From Octopus sinensis (Eukaryota), in contig NC_043005.1 in NCBI RefSeq assembly GCF_006345805.1, positions 109,616,001 to 109,680,000 on the forward strand: 64,000 nt of DNA. Direction: 5' to 3'. Shown here piece after piece: positions 62,761-64,000 of the stretch (positions are counted from its first letter, which is position 1; each line of letters begins with the position of its first letter). The notes under the pieces are model-generated. The model was not told where the DNA came from. It ran no database searches and saw nothing but the letters and a program-made list of their open reading frames with translations. The position numbers were made by a program, and so were the translations under genes.

Positions 62761-62861
62761 GTTAGAAGAAAGTAAAACCTTGAACTAAGCTGCATAGGAA
62801 TGTCCACCTTGGATGAATACGTATTGCAACTGATTTTGATTTAAATCAACTAAATACACAT

Positions 62862-63033
62862 AGGCGCAGGAGTGGCTGTGTGGTAAGTAGCTTGTTTACC
62901 AACCACATGGTTCCGGGTTCAGTCCCACTGCGTGGCACCTTGGGCAAGTGTCTTCTACTATAGCCTCGGGCCGACCAAAGCCTTGTGAGTGGATTTGGTA
63001 GACGGAAACTGAAAGAAGCCCGTCGTATATATG

Positions 63034-63066
<33 letters not shown>

Positions 63067-63277
63067 TTGTGTGTCTGTGTTTGTCCCCCTAGCATTGCTT
63101 GACAACCGATGCTGGTGTGTTTATGTCCCCGTTACTTAGCGGTTTGGCAAAAGAGACCGATAAAAAAGTACTGGGCTTACAAAAGAATAAGTCCCGGGGT
63201 CAAGTTGCTCGATTAAAGGTGGTGCTCCAGCATGGCCGCAGTCAAATGACTTAAACAAGTAAAAGAGAGTAAAAGAG
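62862..63277 (+). mobile_element. Full-length SINE family A, young
   Basis: aggcgcaggagtggctgtgtggtaag...ggttccgggttcagtccc...ggccgcagtcaaatgacttaaacaagtaaaagag, with CpGs retained. Confidence 0.92.
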
Positions 63278-64000
63278 ATAACTGCTACATCAATGGACAC
63301 TCGGTCACTTATCCAGCAGAAACACATATCTGATGGGAATTTGATGAGAATAATAGCAATGTATTTTTAAATAAATTCTGAAGATGTGTAATTCCCCATT
63401 CTTCTATATGATGTGTTGATTATATACACACACCCAACAGGTTTCATTCTGTTTCTGCTTACCAAATCTACTTATACACAAGGCTTTGGTTGGCTTGGGG
63501 TTATAGCTGAAGACACTTACTCAAAGAGCTGTGCAATGAGAATGAATCCGTGGATGCATGGTTGGGAAGCAAACTTCTTAATCACACATCTGTGCCTGTA
63601 CCATAATGATATTCTGTCTTTTTTATCTTTTAATGAGAAGGGTAGGCAGTGCCCATAATCCTATGCATTGCTTCTGAGACTGGTCACAAGTAAGGAGGTC
63701 TCCTCAAACTGGAAACCTAGCTTGAAAGAGGAATCCACAAAAGACATCTGCTGGTGTACGTGTTGGGGGTGGGGATGGGGGCAGTATTGGTGTTGGGTGG
63801 GGGACAGTTGTGGTGTTAAACAGAGTTATAGATTATGCCGTCCACTCAAGTAGGACTTTCGCTTAAACTACAAAGTACTAGAAAAAGTACTTCAAGGCAT
63901 TTGGTTTGATATTCTTACGGTTCTGCTAATCCATTCCTTTGTACTGGTATCATTTTATCGACCCTAAAGGAATGAAAGGCAAAGTTGATCTGAGTGAAAT

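Overview
This is AT-rich, repeat-dominated eukaryotic DNA. It is most likely a coleoid cephalopod (Octopus), inferred from my recollection of the abundant tRNA-derived SINE families and not verified by search. No host protein-coding gene could be identified with confidence. Almost every ORF in the track is an artefact of (TA)n/(CA)n/(TATC)n/(TTA)n/(GAT)n microsatellites, SINEs or decayed transposons. The dominant feature is an ~11.2-kb array of a 15-bp unit (GCAGTGATGAG[G/T]GTT, ~745 copies, 9931-21115) that is stop-free in 5 of 6 frames. Its commonest variation is synonymous only in the minus-strand (Thr-Leu-Ile-Thr-Ala)n frame, so it may be a giant repeat exon. The rest is a mosaic of four SINE-like families (labelled A-D here), at least seven R4/Dong-like LINE fragments (all on the minus strand), a CR1 3' end inserted in a mariner, a second mariner fragment, a solo LTR with a 5-bp TSD, Penelope-like repeats carrying minimal hammerhead-ribozyme motifs, Helitron-like non-autonomous elements and three long inverted-repeat elements. 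Two weak plus-strand exon candidates exist (42582-42602 and 52819-52896). Repeat boundaries are read by eye and are approximate unless a TSD or terminal motif is cited.
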